Part shown: positions 29,082 through 38,568 of the stretch, piece by piece
Numbering within the stretch: the stretch's first letter is position 1
Layout: each line of letters opens with the position of its first letter
Source of the DNA: a virus
Lineage: Duplodnaviria; Heunggongvirae; Uroviricota; Caudoviricetes
Reading direction: 5' to 3' (one strand)
IMG/VR virus record: IMGVR_UViG_3300042473_000506
DNA: 64,000 bases
Translations under genes and position numbers: made by a program
The notes under the pieces: generated by a model
Seen by the model: only the letters and a program-made list of their open reading frames with translations
What the model was told of the DNA's origin: nothing
The model's database searches: none

Positions 29082-29843
29082 TTAATACCTCATGTATGTT
29101 CCACTAACTCCTTCCCAGCCATATATTTTCCAGTCAGTTTCTACTATGTCTTTTTCGTAAGGTCTAGTAAAGAAATATAACAAGGTTTCAAGATCATATG
29201 CTATACCATTGGGGTTATTCGTAAATTCTGCAATCACTCTATAGATGTCTAGCATTTTTTCATGATACTCAGAAGTCCATCCATAAAGCACTGAGCAATA
29301 TTGTCTAAGCGTGTTATCTTGCTGGGTACTTCGTCTATCTACCATTTCATAGGGCCAAGTATCCTGCCACTCAAATTTTAACGGATGTTTAAAAAACAAT
29401 TTCCCTGTATTTTCATTTGTACAATGAGTTAGGTTAAACGACCGATCAAAGAAATATCTTCCACTTAATTTAAAAAAGAAGTCATATTCTTTGAGCAAAT
29501 CTTTATATCTATTAAAGAATGCAAGTTGTAATATTGTTTCACAGTGACTCTTGTGAGAGTGTGTTCTAATAATATCAAATAAGTCGGGAAATTCTTCTGC
29601 TACATTAATAAAAACAAGATTTGGTTGGTAGGCAAGTACTGCTTTGTAGTGTGCAGAATTTTTAGATGAGTCAACTAAAAATATAGTTGTTTCGTCGTCT
29701 ATTATTCTATCTAAAGATGATAGAGTAAAAATAGTTTGTCTTAATCGTTCTTCATTACTGAAGATAGATCTTACATTACTGTAGGTAAGTGGATAGGTAT
29801 TATCAACATCAATGACGCTAGTAACCAGTATTGCTTTCTTCAT
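29082..29843 (-). CDS. hypothetical protein (possible nucleotide-sugar transferase)
   Basis: ORF in the GT cluster. Confidence 0.3.
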   Translation of the reverse strand: MKKAILVTSVIDVDNTYPLTYSNVRSIFSNEERLRQTIFTLSSLDRIIDDETTIFLVDSSKNSAHYKAVLAYQPNLVFINVAEEFPDLFDIIRTHSHKSHCETILQLAFFNRYKDLLKEYDFFFKLSGRYFFDRSFNLTHCTNENTGKLFFKHPLKFEWQDTWPYEMVDRRSTQQDNTLRQYCSVLYGWTSEYHEKMLDIYRVIAEFTNNPNGIAYDLETLLYFFTRPYEKDIVETDWKIYGWEGVSGTYMRY

Positions 29844-30862
29844 GATCTATAAAAGTTGCCTGTTAATAATTTTTTAAAATATTCATCGAGTTGTTTATGT
29901 ACAACTTCTTCAGAGTAGTGTTTCATTGCCCAGTCTCGGCAAACTTTGGGGTCTATCTTGTCAATGTTATTCAATGCGTCGACAAATTCTTTAAACTCTC
30001 TACAACGGAATCCAGTTACACCTTGTACAACTGTTTCTGTAAAGCCCCCCCAGTCTGTGGTAATAGCTGGGGTGCCGGAGAAGTAGCCTTCAGCAACCAT
30101 ATTGCCAAAAGGTTCAACGTAGTAAGTCGGTCCTATGATCGCCTTTGCATCTCGCATTAATACTTTACGCTGTTCTGCATTTGCCACACCAAACACTTCT
30201 ACATGACTAGGAATTTCAGAATAACCCATGTCTGCTAGATCTCCGGGACCTGCTACAATCAATTTATGTCCTGTTTCTTTTGTAGCTTGTATAGCAATAT
30301 TAAGACCTTTGTTTTCAATAACTCTACCAAAGTAAAGAATATAATCTTTCTTTGCCTTAGAGAATTCAAACTCGTCTGGTGAAAATGCATTTGGTATAAC
30401 AGCGTCATACCAGCTAGGAGCCATTAACATCTTTCTCTCACCGTAGAACATGTGCATTTGGGCATAGCTGACAAATACTCTATAAGGTGCGAACACTGCC
30501 TTAGTGTCGTAGCCTATGCTAGGTTCGATGATAATAAGATCGTTATTGGCTTCGGCGGCAACTTGATTTTCCCAACCATGAAAGCAAACTATAATATCTC
30601 CGGGAGATTTTCGGGATTTAATTTCACCGGCTGCTCTTATATTGTATTTGTCTATACAAGAATTTCTGTGTGGGTATATCTCATCTAAACAAATTACAGT
30701 TTCACAATCTACTTTACAGCCCACTATACCGTAATGGATACAGTCCCATCCTAGAGGCATCATGTTGTTGATAAATTTTATTACCGCTATAGAAAAGGGA
30801 TCGGTCCTGTTATTAATATGAACAGGACCGGTTGGATTGCTTAATATATGAATTGTAGGCAT
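29840..30862 (-). CDS. GT-B glycosyltransferase family 1 (GT4-like)
   Basis: 'EPFGNMVAEGYFSGTPAITTDWGGFTETV' EX7E-type motif and 'GRVIENKGLNIAIQA' block. Confidence 0.75.
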   Translation of the reverse strand: MPTIHILSNPTGPVHINNRTDPFSIAVIKFINNMMPLGWDCIHYGIVGCKVDCETVICLDEIYPHRNSCIDKYNIRAAGEIKSRKSPGDIIVCFHGWENQVAAEANNDLIIIEPSIGYDTKAVFAPYRVFVSYAQMHMFYGERKMLMAPSWYDAVIPNAFSPDEFEFSKAKKDYILYFGRVIENKGLNIAIQATKETGHKLIVAGPGDLADMGYSEIPSHVEVFGVANAEQRKVLMRDAKAIIGPTYYVEPFGNMVAEGYFSGTPAITTDWGGFTETVVQGVTGFRCREFKEFVDALNNIDKIDPKVCRDWAMKHYSEEVVHKQLDEYFKKLLTGNFYRS

Positions 30863-31036
30863 AGAGTTAATTAGATGCTTTTGATTTTTGTAGCCGCAAT
30901 TTATTAAGTTGATCTTCTAACATTTTAATATAATGTACAGAAAATCTTCTTCTTAGTTCTACGGGAAAATCTTTTGATGCAAGTCTGTACTTTTGAATCT
31001 CTTCTTCTTTGAGAAAAATAAGTTTATCGATATCAT

Positions 31037-31219
31037 TCATTGTGTACTATTTAATCGATCAATCTCATCGGCTGCTTCTTCTAACAAATCTGCAATACGG
31101 TCTGGCGTGCCTTCCTGTACTGATTTACGGTCTTTGATCTGTCTGCGAATCTCTGCTCGCTTGCGTAGGCGGAATATAAGACTCTGTTCACTTACTGGTA
31201 AATGACTTTCGTCTTTCAT
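31037..31219 (-). CDS. hypothetical protein
   Basis: ORF. Confidence 0.3.
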   Translation of the reverse strand: MKDESHLPVSEQSLIFRLRKRAEIRRQIKDRKSVQEGTPDRIADLLEEAADEIDRLNSTQ

Positions 31220-31440
31220 TTTATATCAAGCCCCTGTGTTTCTGGACTATAGTCCAATGTGCCGCCGTCTTTGTCATTAGGGTAGAAGTAAGCATCCTCA
31301 TCTACTATTGTAACTTCTAAATCACCATGACGCAGGTCATAGTCCGTGAATCCACCTTTGTCGTGATATACACGGAATACATATCCGTTCAGTGTGTCCA
31401 GAATAAATCCTCGTGTGCCCACAGCGTTTTTGATTTTCAT
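31216..31440 (-). CDS. hypothetical protein
   Basis: ORF. Confidence 0.3.
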   Translation of the reverse strand: MKIKNAVGTRGFILDTLNGYVFRVYHDKGGFTDYDLRHGDLEVTIVDEDAYFYPNDKDGGTLDYSPETQGLDIK

Positions 31441-31563
31441 TTTTCTACCACCTTATATCCTGAGTAGGGATAGTGTTCTTGCAACCATTCCAACATGCCT
31501 GGTTCATTGGGCAGTCGGATTGAATCGTATTTGTTTGTGATATACATTATGCTTTCTCTGAAA

Positions 31564-31594
31564 AAGGGCCGTGACAGCCCTTGTTCTTCTTTTT
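31564..31594. terminator. bidirectional rho-independent terminator
   Basis: Hairpin aagggc-cgtgaca-gccctt flanked by A-run on one side and T-rich run on the other; immediately 3' of the SPFH gene. Confidence 0.5.
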
Positions 31595-31600
31595 GTCTAA

Positions 31601-32398
31601 TTACTTAGGCATCATCAATGCATTGAAGTTGCTTGGAACAACAATGGTCTGTACTTGTCCATTCTTGATACCTTCTGAGATATTCAACATGGCTTGTGCC
31701 TGCATGAATGCAATACTAGCACCTGAGTTATTTGCAAGTGCTGCCATACGACGGCTTTCAGCTTCGGCAGTCTTAACTTCAACTTCCTTCTGCTTGAGTT
31801 CGTTCTTACTACGAACCAATGCGTTAGCCGACTCAACAACAGTATCACTTGGCAGTACATTACGAATCATAACCTGACTGATCATAATGGAACCGTCCAA
31901 CTTTTCTTCAGAAAGGTTGCGAACAATTTCTTCCTTAATGTAGTTTTCCATGTCAGTGCGGTTGTCTGCCATATCCAATGCTTCGTACTTTCGTGCGGCT
32001 TTGTAGATAGCATTACGAGCATTCTGAACCACATAGTTGTACATCACATAAGTGTCACCTTTGAATTCAGCGTGGAACGATTTGTTCTTGGTTGAATAAA
32101 GTTCGGCAACATTCTGTGAATTGATGTTGTAAACAACTACAGCATCGAAGTCTTTCATGGTTGAGTTGTCCTTGGCCACCGGAGTCATATTCTCCAAGAC
32201 CACGTTAACATCCTTGACCGGGAATGTAAGCACATCACCGATGAATGTCTGATTGAACGAACCAGGCAACAACTCACCTGGTTGTACCTGTTTATCAAAA
32301 CCAACTCGCACACCGACCTCACCAGTCTCAATACGAGTACAAGCACTAGTTAGAGCAACTGCGGTCAAAACCAAACCAACTTTAATAAAACGCATCAT
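31601..32398 (-). CDS. SPFH/band-7 (prohibitin/HflC-like) lipoprotein
   Basis: Lipobox 'LTSAC' after a signal peptide; 'ETGEVGVRVGFDK' SPFH start; coiled-coil C-terminus. Confidence 0.55.
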   Translation of the reverse strand: MMRFIKVGLVLTAVALTSACTRIETGEVGVRVGFDKQVQPGELLPGSFNQTFIGDVLTFPVKDVNVVLENMTPVAKDNSTMKDFDAVVVYNINSQNVAELYSTKNKSFHAEFKGDTYVMYNYVVQNARNAIYKAARKYEALDMADNRTDMENYIKEEIVRNLSEEKLDGSIMISQVMIRNVLPSDTVVESANALVRSKNELKQKEVEVKTAEAESRRMAALANNSGASIAFMQAQAMLNISEGIKNGQVQTIVVPSNFNALMMPK

Positions 32399-32493
32399 TT
32401 AGATAACTCCAGTGGAAAAAAGATAAAAACAAACAACAAAACCCAAAGCAAAATACAAGGGCCTTAGCCAACGATCATTGATCATACAATACC

Positions 32494-32670
32494 TTAAAAA
32501 AGAATTACAAGCACTGTCATCAACATTACTGCTGCCAGTGATACAAGTATACTATAGCCTATGCTTTTTGTCAAGGCCAATTGTTCCTTGCCTTCCATAT
32601 TTCTCATAGCACGAATGCCAAAATGTATCAGAACAGCAAGGATAGCAAATGCAAACCAAAGTTTAATCAT
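32494..32670 (-). CDS. small two-TM membrane protein (58 aa; below ORF-track threshold)
   Basis: Hand translation 'MIKLWFAFAILAVLIHFGIRAMRNMEGKEQLALTKSIGYSILVSLAAVMLMTVLVILF'; AAAGGA ~7 nt upstream; lies between rIIB and the SPFH gene. Confidence 0.3.
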   Translation of the reverse strand: MIKLWFAFAILAVLIHFGIRAMRNMEGKEQLALTKSIGYSILVSLAAVMLMTVLVILF

Positions 32671-32675
32671 TTTGA

Positions 32676-33755
32676 TTATCCTTTAGTTGGGAAAGGCCAA
32701 TCACTGCCTTGTGCCCTAAACACAGTTCCAGGAGGTGGTGTCACCTTACCATCAGTATTGCGAGTCCAACCAGTTGGTTGCACATAACGATACCGTGCTG
32801 GATCACCGTTTTCGCGATCTTCCACACCGGCCTCGTATCCAACGTCATATGCATTGTGTTCTCTGGAACCATAGTTGTATGAATTGCTATAGTCTGCACC
32901 AGAGAAGCCGTCACTATAACCACGCTTATGGATACTTGAACCGACTCGGACTTCTGGCGCAGGCTTAGCCGCACGTACAGTTTCAGTACTGTTGGCATTG
33001 CTCTGTACAGGCTTGTCAAAAGCATCCCTTGCTTCACCGCCCATTTCACCAATAACTTCATATCGGCAAGCACGACCCTTGGCACCATTGTAGTCACTTG
33101 GGATTGAAACAACATCAGCTGGATCAATCTTAACAATTACCACACGGCTGTCATTACCACCAAAGTGGTCCAAGTAACTCAAACCGCAGAAGTGGAGACC
33201 AGTACTGCAAGTTTGATCCTTGTTGTCGTCAACAGCGTTGCGTTCCATTTCGACAACAGTACCCGGGCTATTGTCCATAGTACCACTGTGAATGTCTTTG
33301 AAGTCTCGGCGTACTTTCTTGTAGGCAAGGAAGTAACCATCGGGAGTGATGGGCAAACTGTTCTTTTCCAAGAAGCCATAGAGTTCATCTACTGAACGCT
33401 TTGAAGGGTTCTTCATCAAGTTGTGCATGAACAGAACCATTGGCTCAATAGTAAAGCCATCCTGCAACATGGTAATCATACGGCTTGCCAATACACCTGC
33501 AAAAGGTTGTCCTTTCCAGAACAGTTGTTCGCCTTTGACAGAGATGTTGCCAGCACCGTAGTTCAGCACAACCTTGACTGGGTCAATAATGTTTTTAACA
33601 GTGTCCCAGTCTTGTGCTTTAATAGCATCAACTACCTTTTGGTAAGTGACGTGGGTCTTAGAAATCGTATGTGGTTTGCCGTCAATAACGACAGTAACAT
33701 TCGAACCTTGAAGAATAAACGGATAACTCATTTTAAATACCTTTCTTTGCATCAA
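32676..33755 (-). CDS. rIIB: rIIB-like protein
   Basis: 'PITPDGYFLAYKKV...MDNSPGTVVEMERNAVDDNKDQTCSTGLHF...VVSIPSDYNGAKGRACRYEVI' matches remembered T4 rIIB blocks; adjacent to rIIA. Confidence 0.65.
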   Translation of the reverse strand: MMQRKVFKMSYPFILQGSNVTVVIDGKPHTISKTHVTYQKVVDAIKAQDWDTVKNIIDPVKVVLNYGAGNISVKGEQLFWKGQPFAGVLASRMITMLQDGFTIEPMVLFMHNLMKNPSKRSVDELYGFLEKNSLPITPDGYFLAYKKVRRDFKDIHSGTMDNSPGTVVEMERNAVDDNKDQTCSTGLHFCGLSYLDHFGGNDSRVVIVKIDPADVVSIPSDYNGAKGRACRYEVIGEMGGEARDAFDKPVQSNANSTETVRAAKPAPEVRVGSSIHKRGYSDGFSGADYSNSYNYGSREHNAYDVGYEAGVEDRENGDPARYRYVQPTGWTRNTDGKVTPPPGTVFRAQGSDWPFPTKG

Positions 33756-35910
33756 TTAAATTTACATACTCGGCAATATCGCTTGCCTCTACGCGGTAAG
33801 TACTCAAACTAGTCAACAACGGATAACGGCTGTTAACTGTGTTGAGTTCTGTTTGATACTTGGTCACAAGTGCTTCTGGGCTAAGGTTAGCTGTAGGAGC
33901 AAACTTGCGGAACAGTCTATCAATATTGTAGCGGTTTCCTGTGAACTTGTCAACCTTTACAAACACTGAAACCAGTTTAGCGTAAGGACTGTTGGCATCA
34001 ATTTCAGCCAAAATATCTTTATTGTGGATGCCGTTGATAACATCGGCCCCCTCTAATGCACTCTTAACCAAACTCATCAACAGTTTGGAATTGTCCTTAG
34101 CAGCCAACTGATCAACAATGTGTTCTTCAAAGTTCTTCCAGTTTGGCTTCTTCTTGATATCTTCAATGTCGCTCTTACGTACACCGTAGATCTCACCGTT
34201 GAACAAATTGTGCAAGCTCTTGACATCTTCATGCATGTCCTTACCGCTAGTATAGCCTTTGGCACTTAGCATTGTGAAGCCGCTCAATGGTACATAGTAG
34301 TAGGTTTCTGTAGTGACAAACTTGCTAGTATCGCCTGCGGCACGCCAGACCATATCTTGCTCATCACGACGATAGCCACCGCCACCACGACGTTCCAACT
34401 TGAGAATTGAAACGTTCTTACCCATGTTCTCACGTTCACGTTGCTTCAAGGTACTTGCGACAAAGCGACGAGCAAGCGGAGGTTCTTGGATAGCGGCAAA
34501 GAAAGACTTGGTATCCATGTCCTTAGTCTTGTCTGCCTTTTCCAAAATCCAGATAGCACGGCTGTAAACATCGCAACCAGTTTCACGATAGTGATAACGA
34601 GCACGTTCGCCGGCACCGGTCTTTAAATCATTGATGATGAAGTGACTGGCGTCATCAACCTGCACATGCCATTCTTGCCAAGTGATGTAATGTCCGGCAG
34701 CATTTTTTGCATGTCCGGGAGCGTACTCTGTAGTGCTCTTACCAGTGGTCACAGCCTTGTTATGACGAGTCTGATGCAACTGTCGAATCTGGATGTTATA
34801 GTTAGCAGCCAGGTCCTCTACTTTAAACTCAAACCGCTTCAAACGGTTGTACTGTTTGTCGTCATAAGTAGGCAAAGCAGTGTCTTGAGCATACTTGCTC
34901 ACAGCCGCGGTCCACAGTCGATGCTCTTTCTTCTTGAACAAGAACACAGCACGATCCCACAGGTTCTCAATAGCATCTGCTTCCTTGGCAATGACCACAG
35001 TCAACGCCGCATTGACTGCTTCCAATTTACGTTTGATAGCCGCAACAGTTGATGGGATGTAACTGAGGCCTTCGCGGCTGGCTTGGAAGTCCAGTTCGCC
35101 AATACCAAAGTGCATTTCCAAACCGCAGATCAACAACTGCTTCAACTCAGGCGGAATAGATCCGTCAGCGTTAGGCACCTCGATAGGATAAGCAATATTG
35201 CCCATAATGGCTGCACTGTTACTGCGATCCTTGAAACTATGCACACCGGGAACAATGTCGCGGCTTTCGTACTCAGCATCAACAAACTGGAAATCGGAAC
35301 TGCCAGAAACAACCGGACGGAGAGCAAAGTGTTTGTAGACAACTCGAGCTTCTTGTCGGAACTTGTCAAAGTCGTAACGATCGTTGACGGAAAACTTAAC
35401 TTCAACACCAGCAGGCTCGTCTGTAGCTTCCTGCATCATCAAGGCAATGCTGGGCACGCCTTCCCCGTTGATAAAAGCTGAGTAGATACCCTTAACGCCG
35501 TTTTGGATAGCAGTCACAGTGAAGTTGTCAGTGTAGCTGAACGGACTCTTTGAACCCAACCCCAGCGCACCAATAAACTCGTTGGAGTTTGTTTTAGTAC
35601 TTTCAAAGTAAGTGGTGTAGATTTGGGTAACTTGCTGATGACTCAAGCCAGTGCCGTAGTCACGGATGGCAAAGTGCGGCTCCAATGTGTTGGGCAAATG
35701 CACATCAAACGGAGTGTCTTTCTTACCTGCGGCTGCATGGCTGTCCACAGCATTGCAACTCAATTCGCGGATGATAGCACGGATCTTGTTAGCATACAAG
35801 CCCGAACTCAAAATGCTGAACGCTTTGGCAGAATTGCGAATACGGAACTCGCCAATTTCTGCTACGTTAGAAACAATAGCTTCGTTAACTGGAGCATTGT
35901 TGAGAATCAT
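33733..35910 (-). CDS. rIIA: rIIA-like protein with N-terminal GHKL ATPase fold
   Basis: 'SAKAFSILSSGLYANKIRAIIRELSCNAVDSH' (Bergerat N-box ExxxNAxD) and 'IRDYGTGL' (G1 box); 725 aa like T4 rIIA; overlaps rIIB start. Confidence 0.7.
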   Translation of the reverse strand: MILNNAPVNEAIVSNVAEIGEFRIRNSAKAFSILSSGLYANKIRAIIRELSCNAVDSHAAAGKKDTPFDVHLPNTLEPHFAIRDYGTGLSHQQVTQIYTTYFESTKTNSNEFIGALGLGSKSPFSYTDNFTVTAIQNGVKGIYSAFINGEGVPSIALMMQEATDEPAGVEVKFSVNDRYDFDKFRQEARVVYKHFALRPVVSGSSDFQFVDAEYESRDIVPGVHSFKDRSNSAAIMGNIAYPIEVPNADGSIPPELKQLLICGLEMHFGIGELDFQASREGLSYIPSTVAAIKRKLEAVNAALTVVIAKEADAIENLWDRAVFLFKKKEHRLWTAAVSKYAQDTALPTYDDKQYNRLKRFEFKVEDLAANYNIQIRQLHQTRHNKAVTTGKSTTEYAPGHAKNAAGHYITWQEWHVQVDDASHFIINDLKTGAGERARYHYRETGCDVYSRAIWILEKADKTKDMDTKSFFAAIQEPPLARRFVASTLKQRERENMGKNVSILKLERRGGGGYRRDEQDMVWRAAGDTSKFVTTETYYYVPLSGFTMLSAKGYTSGKDMHEDVKSLHNLFNGEIYGVRKSDIEDIKKKPNWKNFEEHIVDQLAAKDNSKLLMSLVKSALEGADVINGIHNKDILAEIDANSPYAKLVSVFVKVDKFTGNRYNIDRLFRKFAPTANLSPEALVTKYQTELNTVNSRYPLLTSLSTYRVEASDIAEYVNLIDAKKGI

Positions 35911-35948
35911 GTAAAACCTTTCAGTAGTGTGTTTGTCTGTATGTATAT

Positions 35949-35977
35949 ATTATACAAGAAAAAACCAACCCTGTCAA
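35949..35977 (-). promoter_or_regulatory. sigma70 consensus early promoter TTGACA-N17-TATAAT upstream of rIIA
   Basis: Minus strand 'cTTGACAgggttggttttttcttgTATAATatatac'; -35 lies in an inverted repeat ccaac/gttgg. Confidence 0.6.
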
Positions 35978-35994
35978 GAGTTGGTTTGTCCAAA

Positions 35995-36198
35995 TTATCT
36001 ACCCACTGCAATCAATCGAATTCGTAATGCGTTCAAACTTGACTGGATGGTCATAAGTTCTGCCAACGCCTTAGTGTAGTGACCGTTAGGATGTTTATCA
36101 TGTCCCAGTTTACGATCTACGCCTAGAGCCATTTTTACACTGGCAATGGCTGTGTCAACTGCTTCAATTCTTGCTTCGAGTTTTTCTAAATCTGTCAT
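35995..36198 (-). CDS. hypothetical protein
   Basis: ORF. Confidence 0.3.
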   Translation of the reverse strand: MTDLEKLEARIEAVDTAIASVKMALGVDRKLGHDKHPNGHYTKALAELMTIQSSLNALRIRLIAVGR

Positions 36199-36404
36199 TT
36201 TCTTTTTCCAATCTTGTCTACAACATCGGCCTTGCTCTGTAGCAGTTGGGCACGGAAGCGACGATAAACTCGCAGTGAAGCGACACTCATAGGATCTTCC
36301 TTGCCCTCCAACTCTGCTATCTTAGCATCCAGTTCGGCTTCGTGGGCACGATGACGTTCGACATCTGCCTTGAGCCCTTTCGCATCACCCCAGAAGAATT
36401 TCAT
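36195..36404 (-). CDS. hypothetical protein
   Basis: ORF. Confidence 0.3.
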   Translation of the reverse strand: MKFFWGDAKGLKADVERHRAHEAELDAKIAELEGKEDPMSVASLRVYRRFRAQLLQSKADVVDKIGKRK

Positions 36405-36405
36405 A

Positions 36406-36699
36406 TCATCCCCACTTTAAAATAAAGAACACAGCGTCCTTTTCGTTTTTAAATCTATACTCAAAGGGTCCAGTACTCCAGCGAGGATTATTATATCCTT
36501 CGTTTCTGTGTCCGAAATACTTTGAGCACCATGCCATCATCTCATCCTTTTCTTCCCACCAATCACCGCCTGAATAATACACAGTGTATTTCTGGGGAGC
36601 AAGTTCTTCTCGAACCCGCAGTTCTAAACTACGGGGCCGTTTAGTAAACCAGTTCATAGGAGTATGCGGATAAAAACTATTAACGTCTAAATCAATCAT
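36406..36699 (-). CDS. hypothetical protein
   Basis: ORF. Confidence 0.3.
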   Translation of the reverse strand: MIDLDVNSFYPHTPMNWFTKRPRSLELRVREELAPQKYTVYYSGGDWWEEKDEMMAWCSKYFGHRNEGYNNPRWSTGPFEYRFKNEKDAVFFILKWG

Positions 36700-37232
36700 A
36701 CACCTACGAACCGGCTGGCTTCGGCGTGCAACCCTGCGTCACCCTTGGTCATCACAGCCAACAACAATCTCTTTTCCTCCAAGTAGGTCTTGGCGAAAGC
36801 AGGATCGTGAGCCATGATGCTACGGCTGTTGCTGATCAAATCTGCCAACTTGATGGTCTGTGCTTCGGCGGGCGCTCTTGCAGTATGCTCACGGTCTATT
36901 GCCTTGCGGTGGGCACGATTGCCATCATGCGGTTGGCTAACATCAGTCAACCATCCAACCAAGGTAGCAACATCGATACCAAAGGCCATGTGGATGTCAG
37001 TGTATGTGCAACCAGTGTCTTCCACAACATCATGCAACCAAGCAGCCGCAACCATATCAGGAGTGCTACCCGGAACGCCTGCTACGATCTTGGCAACTTC
37101 AGCCGGGTGGACAATGTAGGGTTCGTTAGTGTACTTACGCCTCTGTCCAACTGCGGCGTGAGCAGCCATGGCATAGACTTGCGCCTTACGGACTACATCA
37201 AATCCGCTGAGATCCATTGTAAAATCTTCCAT
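36696..37232 (-). CDS. HD-domain (p)ppGpp hydrolase (SpoT/Mesh1-like)
   Basis: 'NEPYIVHPAEVAKIV...MVAAAWLHDVVEDT' parallels SpoT 'GEPYITHPVAVACIL...LMAALLHDVIEDT'. Confidence 0.7.
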   Translation of the reverse strand: MEDFTMDLSGFDVVRKAQVYAMAAHAAVGQRRKYTNEPYIVHPAEVAKIVAGVPGSTPDMVAAAWLHDVVEDTGCTYTDIHMAFGIDVATLVGWLTDVSQPHDGNRAHRKAIDREHTARAPAEAQTIKLADLISNSRSIMAHDPAFAKTYLEEKRLLLAVMTKGDAGLHAEASRFVGV

Positions 37233-37258
37233 GCTGCTCTCCTTGTTAATAAGTATAT

Positions 37259-37287
37259 ATTATAGCATGGATTTACCATGCTGTCAA
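37259..37287 (-). promoter_or_regulatory. sigma70 consensus early promoter TTGACA-N17-TATAAT upstream of the HD hydrolase gene
   Basis: Minus strand 'gTTGACAgcatggtaaatccatgcTATAATatatac'; spacer is a perfect hairpin gcatgg/ccatgc. Confidence 0.6.
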
Positions 37288-37514
37288 CCGGAAGTTTTAA
37301 CCACTTCCAGGATGGTAATTTCTACTACTAAATGCTTACGCAGTAGCATGAACTTTTTGAACTTGGCTTCTATGTCCGCCTGAATGTACTCGTCATGGTA
37401 AGGCATAGTAGCAACGTCCTCATAGGGTTCATCGTTTTCGTTTAACGCTATGAAACTGAGCTTCACTGTGCCCTGTTCGGGCTCTTTGAACATTTTAACA
37501 AATTTGTTGAACAT
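37284..37514 (-). CDS. hypothetical protein
   Basis: ORF. Confidence 0.3.
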   Translation of the reverse strand: MFNKFVKMFKEPEQGTVKLSFIALNENDEPYEDVATMPYHDEYIQADIEAKFKKFMLLRKHLVVEITILEVVKTSG

Positions 37515-37522
37515 GCAAATAT

Positions 37523-38068
37523 TTAGTGATGCCCTTTAATTTCGTTATCTTTAATCATACGAACTGCCCGATCCATGGAGATTACAATTTCCCCAGTTGA
37601 GTCCATACCCACATCCATGCAACGATATTTTTCCATGCCTGTAGTGCCACCGTGCAAGTGACCGTGAAAGTGCAGAGAACCACGATGCATCTGATCCCAT
37701 TCATAGATAGGATAGTGAAACATCACGCACTTGTGGCCATCATAGGTGATATCCAAATACTTATGTACTTCAACAAATGCATCGCGGAATGTTACATCCA
37801 TTAGGGTCTTGCGGTCATGGTTGCCTTCTACAAGGATCTTATCTCCGTTCAACCGATTCATCATTCGTCCAGCATCACTTCCTGACATAAACGCTACATC
37901 GCCTAAGATGTAGACTAAATCACCCGGCTCTACTTTGTCGTTCCATTCTTCCGCCATTGCGTTATTCATATAAGCAACATCGTCACGAAATCGTGCCCGT
38001 GTTTGCGGACAGAACTTCATAATGTTCTTGTGCCCGAAATGGAGATCCGAAGTAATCCAAGTTTTCAT
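37523..38068 (-). CDS. calcineurin-like metallophosphoesterase (Ser/Thr phosphatase-like)
   Basis: 'SDLHFGH', 'ILGDVAF', 'GNHD', 'HGH' metallophosphatase motifs in order. Confidence 0.7.
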   Translation of the reverse strand: MKTWITSDLHFGHKNIMKFCPQTRARFRDDVAYMNNAMAEEWNDKVEPGDLVYILGDVAFMSGSDAGRMMNRLNGDKILVEGNHDRKTLMDVTFRDAFVEVHKYLDITYDGHKCVMFHYPIYEWDQMHRGSLHFHGHLHGGTTGMEKYRCMDVGMDSTGEIVISMDRAVRMIKDNEIKGHH

Positions 38069-38103
38069 ATTATTTCCTATTATACAGCCAGTGACCTATA
38101 CCG

Positions 38104-38568
38104 TCAACTGGCATACCAAATTTCTTTAAACCCTTCTTCCTCAGTGGGCTCTTCCCAACTGGCAATCATGCTGGCAATAACATGATCCGGAATCTCTTTG
38201 CCAGGGCGGCTCATCAATCGGCGCATAAGTTCTTTGTGTTCAGGTGTCTTAAACACTATTGCAATATGCTCATAGTCAGGTAACATGTTAAACTTGCGAG
38301 TACGACTTGCAAGAGTAGTACTAGTTTGATCCCAGATAATATCTCGATTCATTTCACGAGCCGCAACAACTTCCTTGGCCATAAGGTCTACAGCAGTGGG
38401 CATAAAGTCTACAAACACTTCGCTGTAGGTGCGTCCTACTTCCTTTGCGTAGATTTCAACCCACTTGTCTGTGCTAATACAAGAGCAGGTCAACGCCCAG
38501 TCTTGTTCAGCCACCCAAGTACTTTTACCTGAACCAGGCACTCCAATCAATTGATAACATTTTGCCAT
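38104..38568 (-). CDS. P-loop NTPase / small nucleotide or polynucleotide kinase
   Basis: Walker A 'GVPGSGKST' at residues 9-17; 154 aa. Confidence 0.5.
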   Translation of the reverse strand: MAKCYQLIGVPGSGKSTWVAEQDWALTCSCISTDKWVEIYAKEVGRTYSEVFVDFMPTAVDLMAKEVVAAREMNRDIIWDQTSTTLASRTRKFNMLPDYEHIAIVFKTPEHKELMRRLMSRPGKEIPDHVIASMIASWEEPTEEEGFKEIWYAS

